The notes beneath the pieces were generated by a model. That model worked only from the letters and a program-made list of their open reading frames with translations. It searched no databases and was not told the DNA's origin. Positions 33,001-46,340 of a stretch of DNA of 64,000 bases are shown piece after piece. Made by a program: the position numbers and the translations under genes. The stretch lies in NCBI RefSeq assembly GCF_009914755.1, contig NC_060928.1. One strand, given 5' to 3'. The DNA is from the human T2T-CHM13v2.0 reference genome, Homo sapiens. Position 1 is the stretch's first letter. Every line of letters starts with the position of its first letter.

Positions 33001-34551
33001 TCTTATAAAATAGCTATTACTAGAAATGTAGAAACTGAGGTAGAAAGAAAATAATTTTCTCATGATTATAGATAAGTAGAAATCTGAGATCCAAACTCCA
33101 AAAAAAAAGAAAACTTAAAACATAAATTAGTATGAATTAATATAAAATAAAGATAATTGAAAACTAAGGCTTTACTAAACTTCATCAAATTGAATTGATG
33201 AATTCAATCTGGTGATATTATAGATAGGCTATTTAGCAGTTTATGCTCAAATCCACTAACTCAACAGCTTTCACTTTCCAAACAACAAAAATTTAAGCTC
33301 ATCTTTTTTTTTCTTTTTTTCTAATCTCCAAGAGTCAATGGGACCCACTAAAACACACAACTGACATTCATGGCATTGCCTCTACTTCACATCTGTTTCA
33401 ACTGCTGCTTCAGATACCTGTCTTGACTGCTGGCAGACGTTGCTTTTCTTATTTCTTTAATGCACCACTCTGCTGGGCTCCCTGATGCTTTTGTGCAACC
33501 ATGCACACAATGACAATGACTTCCTCTGATTTTGATTCACCTAGAAATGTCTTTTTATTTCTGTGCTTCACCAATTACAGCTATGTTCCTAGATGCTTCT
33601 GATTTAGAAGTTTGAAGTAAGAAAATGCTTATTCTATCTCTGATGGTATTTTATAACACAACAGCTTGTGTCCTATGTGGATAACAAATGTTGACTTTGC
33701 AGCAGCCACTCAGACCTCTTCTTACGACCAAACTTCAATTTCCCTCTGGTGAAACACCATTGCTCTCACTTTCAGGCCATTAAAGTTCAAGTCAAGCTGA
33801 CACCATCTCTAATGCAAGGAATGAGAACATATCTTAAGCTAATATTACAAAAGTGTTTGGTAATTTGGTAGAAATATGACTCAATCAGGACAATTACATT
33901 AAAAATACATTGGCAGTATGTTATGTGAAAAGGTCACTTAATTTTGCTCTGAGACCTGGAATTCAAGAACTACATAAACACTATCATTTTGTTGTTAAAC
34001 GAAGCTTCAGAATAAAGACAAGACATTGCAAAACAAGCAAGAATTGGATAGAAATCACATCCTGCTGATAATGTTTCTGCCCTGAATTGAGTCATTTCTA
34101 AAACTTGCATACCACCAGGCATTTCTGGTTTGAATGTTCTGCAACTTGCGACAGCAACAACAAAAGTTCGAACTGAGTATCTTACCTGTGATTCTTAGAA
34201 AGCCAACTCTCAGGCAAATATTTTATTTGCTACTACTTCATTAGGTGTTCAATCCAAGGAAGCAAACGTGAGGACAAAGAAAATCACAGGCAAAGACAGA
34301 GAGCCGATTTGAGGCCATTAGGGATGACTGATTCTTAGCCACTTTGGATCTTCTTCTGAGAAGTCAATATAGTACACAATCTATATATCAGAATAGTCCA
34401 GTGATGGAAGGTGTGGAGAAATGGAATGGTAAATATACCCATCAGCTCCTGTTTCTCATTGGTGAAATGCTAAGCCCACAGACAGACTGCTATGTCTCCC
34501 CATATTTCTGGGTTGAAAAACATGGGTGCTAAACAGGGTCCCAAGGTGTCC

Positions 34552-35010
34552 TGAAAATTTATATTGACAATGACTCTCTCCAAACTCTAGCCAGGCTTCT
34601 CTCATCCCTGCTTTGACTAGTCTCTGTCGTTGGGCCTTATACTCAAGAGGAAGAATTCTGCTAAGTCAGTTTAGTAAGAACCCCCGCACCATTAATATCT
34701 GATCACTCTCAGTATCTTACTGGGTTTCTCATCCTCCAGCATCCCCCAGGTGATACCTAATTACCCTCACTTGCCTTCAGCAAGCATTATGTTAGATCGG
34801 TTTAGCTAGAAATTTTCCTGATGTTTCCACTTAGTAACTTTCTATCCCCTGACCCCCAGTCTGCTTATTGGCTATAAATCCCCACTTGTCCATGCTGCAT
34901 TCAGAATTGAGCCCAGTTTTATAATGAGGTCTCTTTTCCCCTGCTGCAATAGAAAAATATGTTTTCACCACTTTACTACTGTCAGGCTCTTGCTTTTCTT
35001 TTAAAAACAT
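34552..35010 (+). mobile_element. ERV1 solo LTR (MER31-like), probably within an older ERVL/MaLR LTR
   Basis: tg...ca ends; gctaagtcagtttag repeats; attggctataaatccccacttg. Confidence 0.6.
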
Positions 35011-36955
35011 CAAAAGAAAGTCTGGAGTGGGAAGTAAAGGGCTGAGGTATTGTCAGATGCACCTTCTTGGTGCTGATCAGTGCCAAGAATAGGCTGATCA
35101 TGGTGGTGGTGGTTAGAACAAAAGGAGGCTGCATGAGGATCTAAAGTGCTTCACAGCAGGCGCCTAACAAACTGATGCACCCTAGTGATTTAGTTCTTAC
35201 CATTTTATTACATGGCACTAGGAGGGTCTCACCAAAGAATTTCAAGAACCTCTAAAATCTCCATTCTTTCCATTTTACTTCACACACATCTCTTTTGTAG
35301 GCCACATAGGAATGTTCTTTGACAGAAGCTTGAGTTGGAGTTGATTTAAGTAAATATCTACACTCTATTTAAATTCTCTGGTCTCTTACACCATAAATAT
35401 ACTAAAGATCAGGCACATCTTTCCTCACTTTTGGCACTTTTTGTGTTATGAACTTCATTGTTCAGTAGTTTCCTTTAGGATCTATCCCCTGGTCTTCAAA
35501 TTCAGTACACATAGCTGTATATAACTGGAACCTGATTGTAGACACGGCATATTATTGTTTTACCCATGGACTCTGGCTCCATATGAAAATCAGATGGGGT
35601 TAGCTGTCAGTGGAGTTTCTTCCTATGAAGACTAGACAAAGAGACCAGACATTGCATAAAATATTCTAAATAGATACAAATTTAAATATAAAAATATTTA
35701 TAACAATGAGAGAAAATCACAACAATAAAATAACAAATACATTAAATGATTAAAGTAATTGATAGTAGACAAGACATAAGAACTAATTACTTAAAAAGAA
35801 TTAGAAAGTCAAGTAAATAGAAGTATCATATATAGATAGTTATATATAAAATAATATACAGTTGATTCTTGTTATTCTTGGTAGCTATATTTTATAAAGT
35901 CATCATAAATGCTAAATTAGCATGTACTGAATTATTTCTCCTAGGGAAAATATAGGGTTAGCTTCCTGTGAGCCTCTGTTCACAACAGTTTTGTTAACTG
36001 ATCAATACATAGCTTGGTTTTATGTGTGTCTCTGTTTAGACATCTTATTTAATATATATTTTGATTAATTAAAATTGAACTCACAACCAGAAGCAATATA
36101 ACTCATATATCTAACACACTTATTTTCTCAAGAAGTCCTAGTGATATGGAAGAGGGGCAGGGAAGTGCTGGGAGGAGAAGGTGGGTCCATGGCGAGGGCT
36201 CCACCCCATCACAAATGTAGGTGAAGACATTCACTCCTGCCTTCCCACTCAAATGTTACATTTCCCAAGAACACCCTGGTCCACTATGCCCCCATCCCGT
36301 TCCTATAAAAACTCGAGACCCTAGCATGCACACACTCAAGCGGCTGGACATTTAGAAGAGCGGATCGGTGGAGGAAGACACAAGTGGCTGGACATCAAGA
36401 GAGAACATCAAGGGGAGCATGCCGGAAGAAGAGCACACAACAGATGCTGGCACATTGGCAGGCCATTGACCAGTGGAAGGAGGCAGAGTTTGGCCAGGGC
36501 AGTCAGAGGAGAGTCCAGGCTGCCAAGCAACCTGACTCCAGGGGAATATCATCTCCCTTCTGGCTCCCCCATCTGCTGAGAGCTACTTCTACTCAATAAA
36601 ACCTTGCACTCATTCTCCAAGCCCACATGTGATCTGATTCTTCCGGTACACCAAAGCAAGAACCCTGGGATACAGAAGGCCCTCTGTCCTTGTGATAAAA
36701 AAGGGCTCTAATTGAGCTGACTAACACAAGCCACCTATGGATGGCTAAACTAAATGAGCACCCTGTAACACACACCCATTGGGGCTTCAGCTCTAAACAT
36801 TCACCCCTAGACACTGCTGTGGAGTCAGAGCCCCACAGCCTGCCCATCCGTATGCTCCCCTAGAGATTTGAGCAGAAGGGCACTGAAGAAGTGAGTCACA
36901 CCACCATCGCATGCCCTGCAAGGGGGATAAGGGACAAGAGAACTTCTGTTTCAAC

Positions 36956-36973
36956 TGGAGGCTTGTTCGGGAT
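36956..36973 (+). other. tRNA-Pro primer binding site
   Basis: tggaggcttgttcgggat versus the canonical Pro PBS TGGGGGCTCGTCCGGGAT. Confidence 0.8.
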
Positions 36974-38220
36974 CTCTGTAGATGAGTGTGAGCAATGCAA
37001 AACTGTTGGGTCTGCCTCTCTTCCCAAACCCTGCTGCCTCTCTCTCTTTTCTGCAGGTAAGAGGCTCTGTTTCCCTTCACGGAGTTTTAAACTGCCCTCA
37101 CTGGGCCGGTCAAAACCCCCAATTTCGTCTCTTTTCTCTCGCAGTTTGGAATGGCTCTTATCTCTTTCTTTATAACATTAAGAGTTTGGCTACCAGCTGA
37201 GGCAACGTTACTAAGTAAAATGAGCAATTTGCTCAGCCACCAAAGGTGCAAATCAGATCAGCTGTTCCTAGAAGTGCCATGTATGTCTCTTTCTCGACTG
37301 ACAGCTGCAGGCACATACAGCTCAGGGCACCTCTCCTTATCCTTCCCCCTCCCAGCTTGGGTGTCTGGGTGTGCCCAAGGCAGGCAAAGGCCCAGCCAAA
37401 CAGCCGCAAGGGGGGAGGGAGAAAGCCAAGGCAGTAGCCAGGACCCTACAGGGTGCTTCTTGGCTGTGCCAATGGAACCTTTCCTTCCTTGGCCAAAGAA
37501 TTCAACCTGGTCTGAACTAGGGGAAGGATGGGAAAGTTATAAGGATTAGAGGGGCTTACTTGCACTAAGCAAAAGATTCCCCCAGAATCCCCTGATTTTT
37601 GCCCCTTTAACTATTTTTCTTTCTCTCTCTCTCTTTTTTTTTTCCTTTTTTTAAGTGAGAAGGCTCTCCCTCCCAGCTCTGTTTCTGATAGGGCAGTTAA
37701 TGGATGAACGACCCTTGCTGGCTGAGAACTGCAAATTCAGCAGGGCACATTTGAGACACTACACAGACACAAAGGGCCTCTGAAATACCTTTTCCTTCCC
37801 AAACTTGATTCCAAGCTTCAGGCAGAGGCCCTAGAAAGAAAAACCAGGTCTGAGGGATCCAAAGCCAGACAACAGGCACAATGTAAATGAGCAGGACAAA
37901 TTCCTGCCAACTGAACCCCACCACATGGAAGGAGGCCATGCTTCATGGCATAAACAGGCTCAGGGAACTCAAGATTTGCTTAGCAGGGAGAAAGGGAAGA
38001 ATGGGTGAGGGTGGTTGATTCCTATTCTCCAGATTTTCCCTGCTTCATGGGTATATACTGCATTGGTACCTATGGCTGGCACCTGCCAAGGTCACCGGGG
38101 CTCACGGACAAGAGGTAGAAGGTGAAGGGAGGATGCTCGCTTTCTCTCTCCATCACATCCTGAGTTTTTCACTGAAAGAAGGAAGGGAGTGAGGGACACG
38201 TCTATTCCCTGTCTTTCAGA

Positions 38221-39490
38221 ATGGGCCACCAGTTCTCTTCACCACCCGCAGCTTACACTCCTCTGGAGTGTATCCTGAACTATTAGGACTGCTTTGACCC
38301 TCCGAATCTGAAGGAAAAGCACCTCATAGCCCTCTGCACAAAGATTTGGCCAAATTATGATTTACTGGAAGAACTGGCTTGCCCTCAGGAAAGAACCATC
38401 CATTTTGATATCATCCAGCAATTGGAACTTTTCTGTAGACATGAGGACAGATGGTCTGAGGCCCATATGTGCAGGCTTTCTATACCTTGCAAGGCAATTC
38501 AGCCCTTTGCCGACAATGTAGGGTTGATCCAGCCCTCCTGTTTGTTGTCTCAGGGAAGGCTGCAAGGGGCAAGCCCAGTGAATTAAAGATACAAATCCCA
38601 GAGGCATTCTCAGCAGAGGAGCCATCTCCCTCCAGTCCTGCTCCTCCATGTCCACCCCGACCTCCCTATCCAGCTTCAGCCTCTCACTTGCTCCCTTCTA
38701 GAAAACCTCACCCCAAACAAGCCCCAATCTCACTCTTGCCCCTCCAACAGATGCCCAGTGAATCTGGGCCCAGTAAAGTCCAGGTCCCCTCCTCCCTACA
38801 GGACTTAAAGCAAATTAAGGGGGATCTTGGAAAGTTTTCAGATGACCCTGATATATAGAGGTTTTCCAGAATTTTACCCAAATATTTGAACTATCCTGGA
38901 GAGAGGTTACGTTACTTTTGAATCAGACCCTGACAGACAGAGAGAAACCGGCTGCTCTGCAAGCAGGAGACAGATTTGGGGATGAGCTTTGTATCACATG
39001 GAGCATCAGGAAGGGGGGCAATTAGTATCCAACTAGAAGAGAAACAGTACCAATGAATGACCCTAAATGGGATCCAAATGACGAGATGGAAGACTGGAAA
39101 AGGAGACGCTTTCAGGTGTACATTATGGAGGGCTTACCTAGGGCTAAGACCAAGCCTCTCAGTTATACTAAGTTGTCCATTATCAACCAGGGATTTGATG
39201 AAAATCCCACTGCCTTCCTAGAAAGGCAAAGACAGGCGTTAGTAAAGCATACCTCTCTATCTCCTGATTCAGCTGAGGGATAGCTAATCCTAAAGGATAA
39301 ATTTATTACTCAGGCAACTCCTGACATCAGGAGGAAGTTGCAGAAGTGGGCCCTGGGACCAGATAGTACATTAGAGGACCTCCTGAAAGTGGCCACCTCG
39401 GCTTTCTACAATAGGGACAAGGAGACACAAGAAAAAGACAGGAGCTTTAATGGCCACTGTGCAAGCCCACAAACCCCCAAATTCCCAGGG
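38221..39490 (+). pseudogene. ERV gag, degenerate
   Basis: ATG GGC start (MGHQ...TPLECIL), DLKQIKGDLGKFSDDP, QGFDENPTAFLER (MHR-like); stops and frameshifts. Confidence 0.85.
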
Positions 39491-42315
39491 TACTCCTATT
39501 AACTGCTAAAGATATGGCAAGAATAGTTATCTCTCTTCTAAAGTTTAACTGCTCCCATACAAGGTTTAATTTATTTCACTAGGGTGAGACAGCTCAGGGT
39601 ACAATGTTGTTAGTATATTTTACTTCTTATCTCTGTAATCTTTGGTACTAAATTCTTTCCTCATATAATACACATGCAACTTAACCTTATGACGCAAACT
39701 TAACCTTATGAAACTTTTTTTCTCTCATGCCTAAGAAGCATCAAACTCCGAAAAGGCAACCCAAGCCTCGGACGATGGCCCCCCTTTGCTAGGAACCCTT
39801 AGATAGACCTCTGGGAGGAGTCTGACTGCTGTTTTCCCCAAAATAATGCCCCCTGTCAATAGCAAGCAGCTAAGACCAGTCATTGTCCATAGTCTAACAG
39901 CAATTAGATATACTTTATCAGAGGGAAGAAATGATAAGCAAGAGGGGCAGAGAAGGGTGGGGAGGAGAAAGGGAGGCCCCTGGTGAGGGCTCCACCCTAG
40001 GCCTGTGCCCATGGACCTAGGTGAGGATAGGCACTCCTGCCTTCATGCCCAAATGTTGCATTTCCCAAGACCACTCTGGCCCACCATGCCCCCATCCTTT
40101 TCCTATAAAAACCTGAGACCCTAGGGGGCACACACACAAACGGCTGGATGTTGAGAGAAGCAGATCAGTGGAAGAAGACACAAGCAGCTGTACATCAAGG
40201 GTAGCATGCCAGCAGAAGAACACACAACAGATGCCATTATGCCTGCAGGCCATCAACCTGTGGAATAAGGCAGAGTTTGGCCAGAGCAGCCGGAGGAGAG
40301 CCCAGGCCACTGAGTGGCCCAACTCCAGAGGAAAATCATCTCCCTTCTGGCTCCCCCATCTGCTGAGAGCTACTTCTACTCAATAAAACCTTGCACTCAT
40401 TCTCTAAGCCCACGTGTGATCCAATTATTTAAGTACACCAAGGCAAGAGCACTGGGATACAGAAAGGACTCTGTCTTTGCTATAAGGCAGGGGTCTAATT
40501 GGGTTGTGTAACACAAGCTGCCTATGGACAGCTAAACTAAAAGAGCACCCTGTAACACACACCCACTGAGGCTTCAGCTTTAAATATTCACCCCTAGCCA
40601 CGGCCGTTGGGTCGGAGCCCCACAGCCTGCCTGTCTGTATGCTTCCTTAGAGATTCGAGCAACGGAGCACTGAAGAAGCGAGCCACACCCCCATTGCATG
40701 CCCTGCGAGGGTACAAGGGAAATTTTCCACTTTCACTAGCCTCACCTTCTTGGATTTCTAGACTTCTAGGCAACACTTCAGCACTGTGCTTGGGGCGAAA
40801 TCAACAACACAAAGCACAAAATTGTGGAAAAAAACATGGCACTATATATAACACAAAAAGGAATTTTTTCTACAGTGTGAGAACTGAAACAGGAAGACAG
40901 CATGGCCTTGTTCAACCTCAGCTGGAAACATGAGCATTGACAACTCAACTGTTTCACTGCAACTCAACTGGCATGTTTGTAATGTCCACAAGAGCACTAG
41001 GAGGATGGATTTGGCGGTTACAATTACATTTTAGTGAGTTGGTAAATTTGAAAATATGCAATCCATTAATAATAAGCATGTACTATACATAAAATATAAT
41101 GTTAAAAATTAGGGAGTTTCAAAATCAAAAATCCAGTGAATTCAAAAAATCAAGAAAAGAGGCATTAGCAAATGTTTTGTTGAAGCAGCTCTTCTTGATT
41201 TTGGATGAAAAAAAATCGGAGGTAAAATCTTTGCTTCATTCATTCATCTTCTGCTTCAGGAGATGAAATAGTTGACAGTAGAGATAGGGATGGGGTTCAG
41301 AGAAAGGCAGGGGCTTAATCGATACACTATACAGCCCTTGTAGGCCCATGTAAAGACACATGAGATTGTCCCAGAAAAAAATCAATGCCTTATCAACCCT
41401 TGTATTTATGTGTATACTTCTTATGTGTTTTTGATTTGAAATTTTATGCTACTTGACTTAAGATTTCCATGAGCATTATATTCATTCTCAATTTATCCAT
41501 TTCAGGGAATTAAGACTTAACCACTTGGGTGGTATTAATGTCTCTTTTTGAGATGTATACTTTCTAAATTTGGTGAAAGTTAAATATTTGATTAGACTCT
41601 AATATGTATTGGAATACATCTGAAGTAAAAATTATCAAGAGAACAATGCCAAAGTTAACAAGGAAGTATGTGGCATGTAATATATTCACCACTTTTATTA
41701 TTTCTTTTTTTAGTTACTTACATATTCAGTAGTCACTCTACACTGTTACTGAGGCATTCTTATTAATTGAATTAATAACTAACTGTTATTTTTTAGGACA
41801 CAATAATATTCTAATTTGTCTAGTTTATACTGTTTGCTTTAATGAAAATAAATTACTTTCAAATATTTTAAAAGATACTCATGACATTTTCTCTCTGATA
41901 TACAACATATCTATTAATATATGTTGTCAATGGGAAACTGCAAAATTTATATTGGTTTAGAATAACCACAAAGAACACATTTACAAATATGTAATGTGTT
42001 TGATATACAGCTTGACACATTGCAGTGTTCAATATGTGAGTGTGATTTAAAAGGTAGGTTTAAAAATAAAGTAAATTAATTTTTACTTTCAATGGAAAAT
42101 TCAATTAATTTTAGAAAGCTCTTATTTTATGCATATCAAACAGATCAGTTAAAAAATATAACAGTGAACTTAACTCTTCAGGGAAAAGATTTCATAGGTT
42201 TATTCTGTTCAACTTCATATTATGAGAAGAAAAATCAATCAACATGAAGTTTTTTACAAACCAAAATTTTGAACATTTTCCAATGAAAAGGTAAGTTACT
42301 AAGAAATGCAGTTAC

Positions 42316-42580
42316 CGCCAGGTGCGGTGGCTCATGCCTGTAATCGGAGCACTTTGGGAGGCCGAGTTGGGCGGATCATGAGGTCAGGAGATGGAGACCA
42401 TCCTGACTAACACGTGAAACCCTGTCTCTACTAAAAACACAAAAAATGTTCCTGTAGTCCCAGTTACTAAGGAGGGTGAGGCAGGAGAATTGCTTGAACT
42501 GGGGAGGCAGAGGTTGCAGTGAGCCGAGGTTGTGCCACTGCACTCCAGACTGGACAACAGAGCAAAATTTCATAAAAAAA
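42316..42580 (+). mobile_element. Alu (AluSc-like) with a ~20-bp deletion at the start of the right arm
   Basis: ...aaaaacacaaaaaatgtt|cctgtagtccc lacks tagccgggcgtggtggcg. Confidence 0.9.
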
Positions 42581-42716
42581 GAAAAAAGAAAAGAAGAAAG
42601 AAAGAAAGAAAGGAAGGAAGAGAGACAGAAAGAAAGAAAGAAGGAAGGAAGGAAGGAAGGAAGGAAGGAAGGAAGGAAGGAAGGAAGGAAGGAAGGAAGG
42701 AAGGAAAGAAAGAAAA
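42581..42716 (+). repeat. Alu-tail-derived (GAAA)n/(GGAA)16 microsatellite
   Basis: Uninterrupted GGAA run at 42643-42706. Confidence 0.95.
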
Positions 42717-43512
42717 AGTTACAATATAAGGTGCTACTATGGTGTCAATTCAGTGAGATGTTTAAATATAGAGAAACTCAAGAAATGAAAGTGTATGAAA
42801 ATTGAACATATTGGAAACACGTTATATATATACACACATATATGTATATATACATATTTTAATCTAATGGTCAAAGCAGCCAAACTGAGTACAGTTTCTA
42901 CATTTTAAGGGAAAATGTTTGCCAACCTGTCATGTATTTTTCTGTTTTCTTCTGCCTTATTTAGATAAATGTTCCTTATGCCCATAACAATGGCAACACA
43001 GTAGTACTACTAGCGTCCTTCAGAATTAAAACTAAAGTTATTTTGCTAGTATATCAAAATAAAATATTGGATTACTTTATTTGCTTAGAAACAAAACGTA
43101 ATATTACAGTTAAAATAACTTTTCATCATTATTTGCTGTGACAGGTATATTTTAATAGAAGGCACTCAAAATTTAGGTAGTTTACACACGTTTTTAAAAA
43201 GACTTCTCTTTTTAAAGCTTCTGTTTTTAAAGACAATGTATTTAAAAGATTCACAGGGTGCTCAATAATGTAGGGTTTTGTGTAAGGTCACCCAAATGAT
43301 AAGAACAAGTTATTCTGGGCTTTTAAAATCAATAAAGGCATATATTTTGAGGAAAACAATTCTGAAGTTATATTGATTCAGATTTATTATGACACACATC
43401 CATATTAATAAAGTTATGTTCTGAATCATGATAGCCGGCACTGCAACATCCTTAACTATTAAAAATATACTTTAATGTTTCATGATCTCTACCAAGACAG
43501 AGAGGTACATTT

Positions 43513-43934
43513 TGTTAGGGTCAATCCAACTAGACTCTTCGCCTCCTTTCCCATAAGTCTTCCAATACAAACCTTTGTGACACCCCACACAGCTCTCCCG
43601 AGGCTAGAAGTAGACCCCCTACACACTGACCTTTCCAGTAACTGTTTGTTCAAAATACTTCAGCTGAAGTGGCAGATGGTCCCAGGATGCGGTCAGAACA
43701 CCTGCCTACCTTGCATAACAAAGCTGGCAAAAAAACATCTCCAGGATGCAGTTAGGACATCTGTATCCCCAACTCAGTCCCCACACCCCGACCCAGTTCC
43801 TCACCCTATAAAGCCCTGCTGTAGTCTGTAAGCGAGGCTACCTCCTCTGCCTATCAAGGAGCAGCCCAGCAGGACAATAAAACTTGCTTGCCTGACTTTG
43901 GTTCTACTCGTCCTTTCTCTCCGCTAACCTTACA
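43513..43934 (+). mobile_element. ERVL-class solo LTR (LTR32-like; family uncertain)
   Basis: tgttag...cttaca ends; perfect 5-bp TSD cattt; TATAAA at ~43807; AATAAA at ~43877. Confidence 0.8.
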
Positions 43935-44299
43935 CATTTATATAGTTAAGACACCTTTTTAATGAGAGTTGAAATCAGAGTAATGCCTGTGTAATAATCA
44001 CTTAACAACAACAAAAAAAAAAACAAGACAGTAGTATCTGAATTATGAGCCGTACCAGTGTTTACATACTTTCAGGTTAAAAAACAGTTAACTGCTAACT
44101 TTTATTTATCTTAAATTCTATGTGTTTTGGTAAATTGTAAAATCAGATTGCAAGTAGTTACAGACATGGGTGTTAGCATTCATCTCTTTTAGAAAGTCTG
44201 AGATCCACATTTATCAGGTTGAGGAAGAAATTCAGCAGAGGCTTCCCCAATCCCAACCTAAGTAAGCCACTTCTTTTCCTGAGTGCAGGCATCTCCTGC

Positions 44300-46340
44300 C
44301 TTCCCATTTCCTCTCCATCTTTCACTAAGGACCCCCACACCTAGATCACTGGCCTTCAACTCGCTTAGTACTCAGATTAACTTCTGTATGGTGATTTAAA
44401 CATCAAGGTCCATCAATGATCCATTAAACATAACTCAGTTTGTTGATCTCTTCACTGAACCATCTAACTACCTCTACTGTTATCCCCCGTAAATGTATCT
44501 AAGTCTCATTTTGAAACATGACATTTTATAGTCATTATCTCCATCCTTCGTATCACTGCCCTAGTATTTTACTCTGATGATTAGAGACACAATGACATTT
44601 ACAGTAGACATTACCTTCTTATGTCAATTTCTTTCAAACCCAGCCCAATTCCAATGGTCCTGTTTTATAGTCATTCCTTTGCAAACACCTATAACTATTT
44701 CTTTATCCCTCGCTTCTTTCTCACCTGACAAAATTCCAACCCTGGTTAAATCTAGGAATCTCACTGCTGTCAAGCCAAAGTTGCTGTAGAAAAATATAAA
44801 GAAGTTTTGACTGAAATCTCTTCTAATTATGTCCAGAAATACTAAATTTTCTACACTACCAGAAGATACCACTGCACTTTCCTTAAATATGTATTTTCCT
44901 ATAATCTATGACTATTATTTATACAATGTCTTATTCTGTCTTGCTCTTCTAAATCTCAGTTAATGCTCTTTTCTATATTTCCTAGAAAAGAAATAGGCAT
45001 CAAGTGAGATGACTTCTTCTCACCGTTAATTTAAACAAGCCATTGACATCTGTACCATACACTGTCTTCCTTCTTACTATAATGTGAGAGGCAATTCCAT
45101 GTTTCCTTTTTTTTTTTGTACTATATCTCATACATTTTTGCAAAAGCCAAAAGCCAATTTTCTGGCTCATTTTACTCCAAACCGTCTTCAACATTTGTTA
45201 TAGATGACAATTTCCTCACCTAAATACTTTCTTCTCTTGAGTTTTAGAATATCACTTTTTCACGGATTGCCTACTCATGCTTGACTTTTCACTGTCAGCT
45301 TTTTGTCCTTAATAGGCCTCTAAATATTATAGTAAGTAGGGGATTATATTGGTTGTTCTTCCTTTATTTACAATTTATATGTTAATTACTTTACCTGATG
45401 CAACAGCTTCAAATATGATCCTTAAATGATATTGCCAACCCGACCCTCCCCCAAAAAACATACATGTGAATAATCATAGCTTTCCTGGCTAAAGATATGT
45501 TGTAGGAAATATGTAGGAATCAAACATATATAAATAATATATAAGTGTTATATACATATTTGTGTGTGTACATATATGTGTATAAATCTGTATATGTATT
45601 ATATATAAAATTGCTATTGCCTACCTGGATACTCCATTTTAATGCTCAATAATCATCTCTAATTAAATAATGAAAATAAAGGTCTTAATCTATTCTCATT
45701 GAAATTATTTCCCACCTAAGCCTTCCATGTTTCAGTAAATGACACCAACGTTTATCCAGCTGACTTATATTTGATTTTTTAAATTCTTCTTGTAATGGTG
45801 CTCAGTAAAGCACTTTTGCTCAATTTATACCTCTAAAAAACATTAATTATTCAAAATCTCACCCATTAAATTCATAGTTCAAGTCACATCTTTTCTTATA
45901 TATAACATAAAAATATTCTATCTGTTGGCCTCCCTGCTACCATTATTGTCTCCTCAAATGTGAACCAACATGATAGTTCAGAACTATAAATTAGAGTTTA
46001 ATACAGCTCCACTGGACACCCTCAGAAGTCTTATTTGTCTTAGTCAGTTCAGACTGCTATAACAAAGTATCATAGACCTAGTGTCTGTTTCTCAAGCTGT
46101 TTCTACAATGCTGCCTCTTTCCTACTCCAAGGGTCAGTTCAAATGATATCTCCTTATAGAACCTTTTCCTGGCCACCAACTCATAGTCACTGTGAACAAC
46201 ATTTTATTTCATCCTCTCCACAGGAGTCATCAGTAATTGTCATTATCTCATACAAGTATTTTTTTGTGTATCCATTAGAAATCTCTTACTCTATATTGTA
46301 AATTCTTTGCAGTAAAATTCTTACTTCTTACTGTATTTTA
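44300..46340 (-). mobile_element. Degenerate L2 fragments
   Basis: L2-like motifs (cttctcttgagttttagaatatcac, ttccatgtttcagtaaatgacacc); boundaries approximate. Confidence 0.5.

Larger units (their letters stand above)
36142..40735 (+). mobile_element. ERV1 provirus, LTR9/HUERS-P3-like, pol/env deleted
   Basis: Paired LTRs at 36142-36953 and 39932-40735 (TG...CA); 4-bp TSD ctag; PBS; PPT agagggaagaaa; gag remnant. Confidence 0.9.
35859..41085 (+). mobile_element. MER6/MER6A TcMar-Tigger DNA transposon split by the ERV (halves 35859-36141 and 40736-41085)
   Basis: TA plus cagttgattc TIR; tagggaaaatatagggttag; resumes with cacttcagcactgtgcttgggg...ccttgttcaacctcagctgg. Confidence 0.8.

Noticed and set aside
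33181-33212. Short overlapping inverted repeats (ttcatcaa/ttgatgaa)
   Set aside because: 8-bp arms in AT-rich DNA are compatible with chance
36352-37939. Cluster of ORFs in the ERV LTR and leader
   Set aside because: GC-richer non-coding retroviral sequence; not conserved between the two LTRs
42476-42805. 109-aa ORF with KEGR repeats
   Set aside because: Alu plus GGAA repeat artefact
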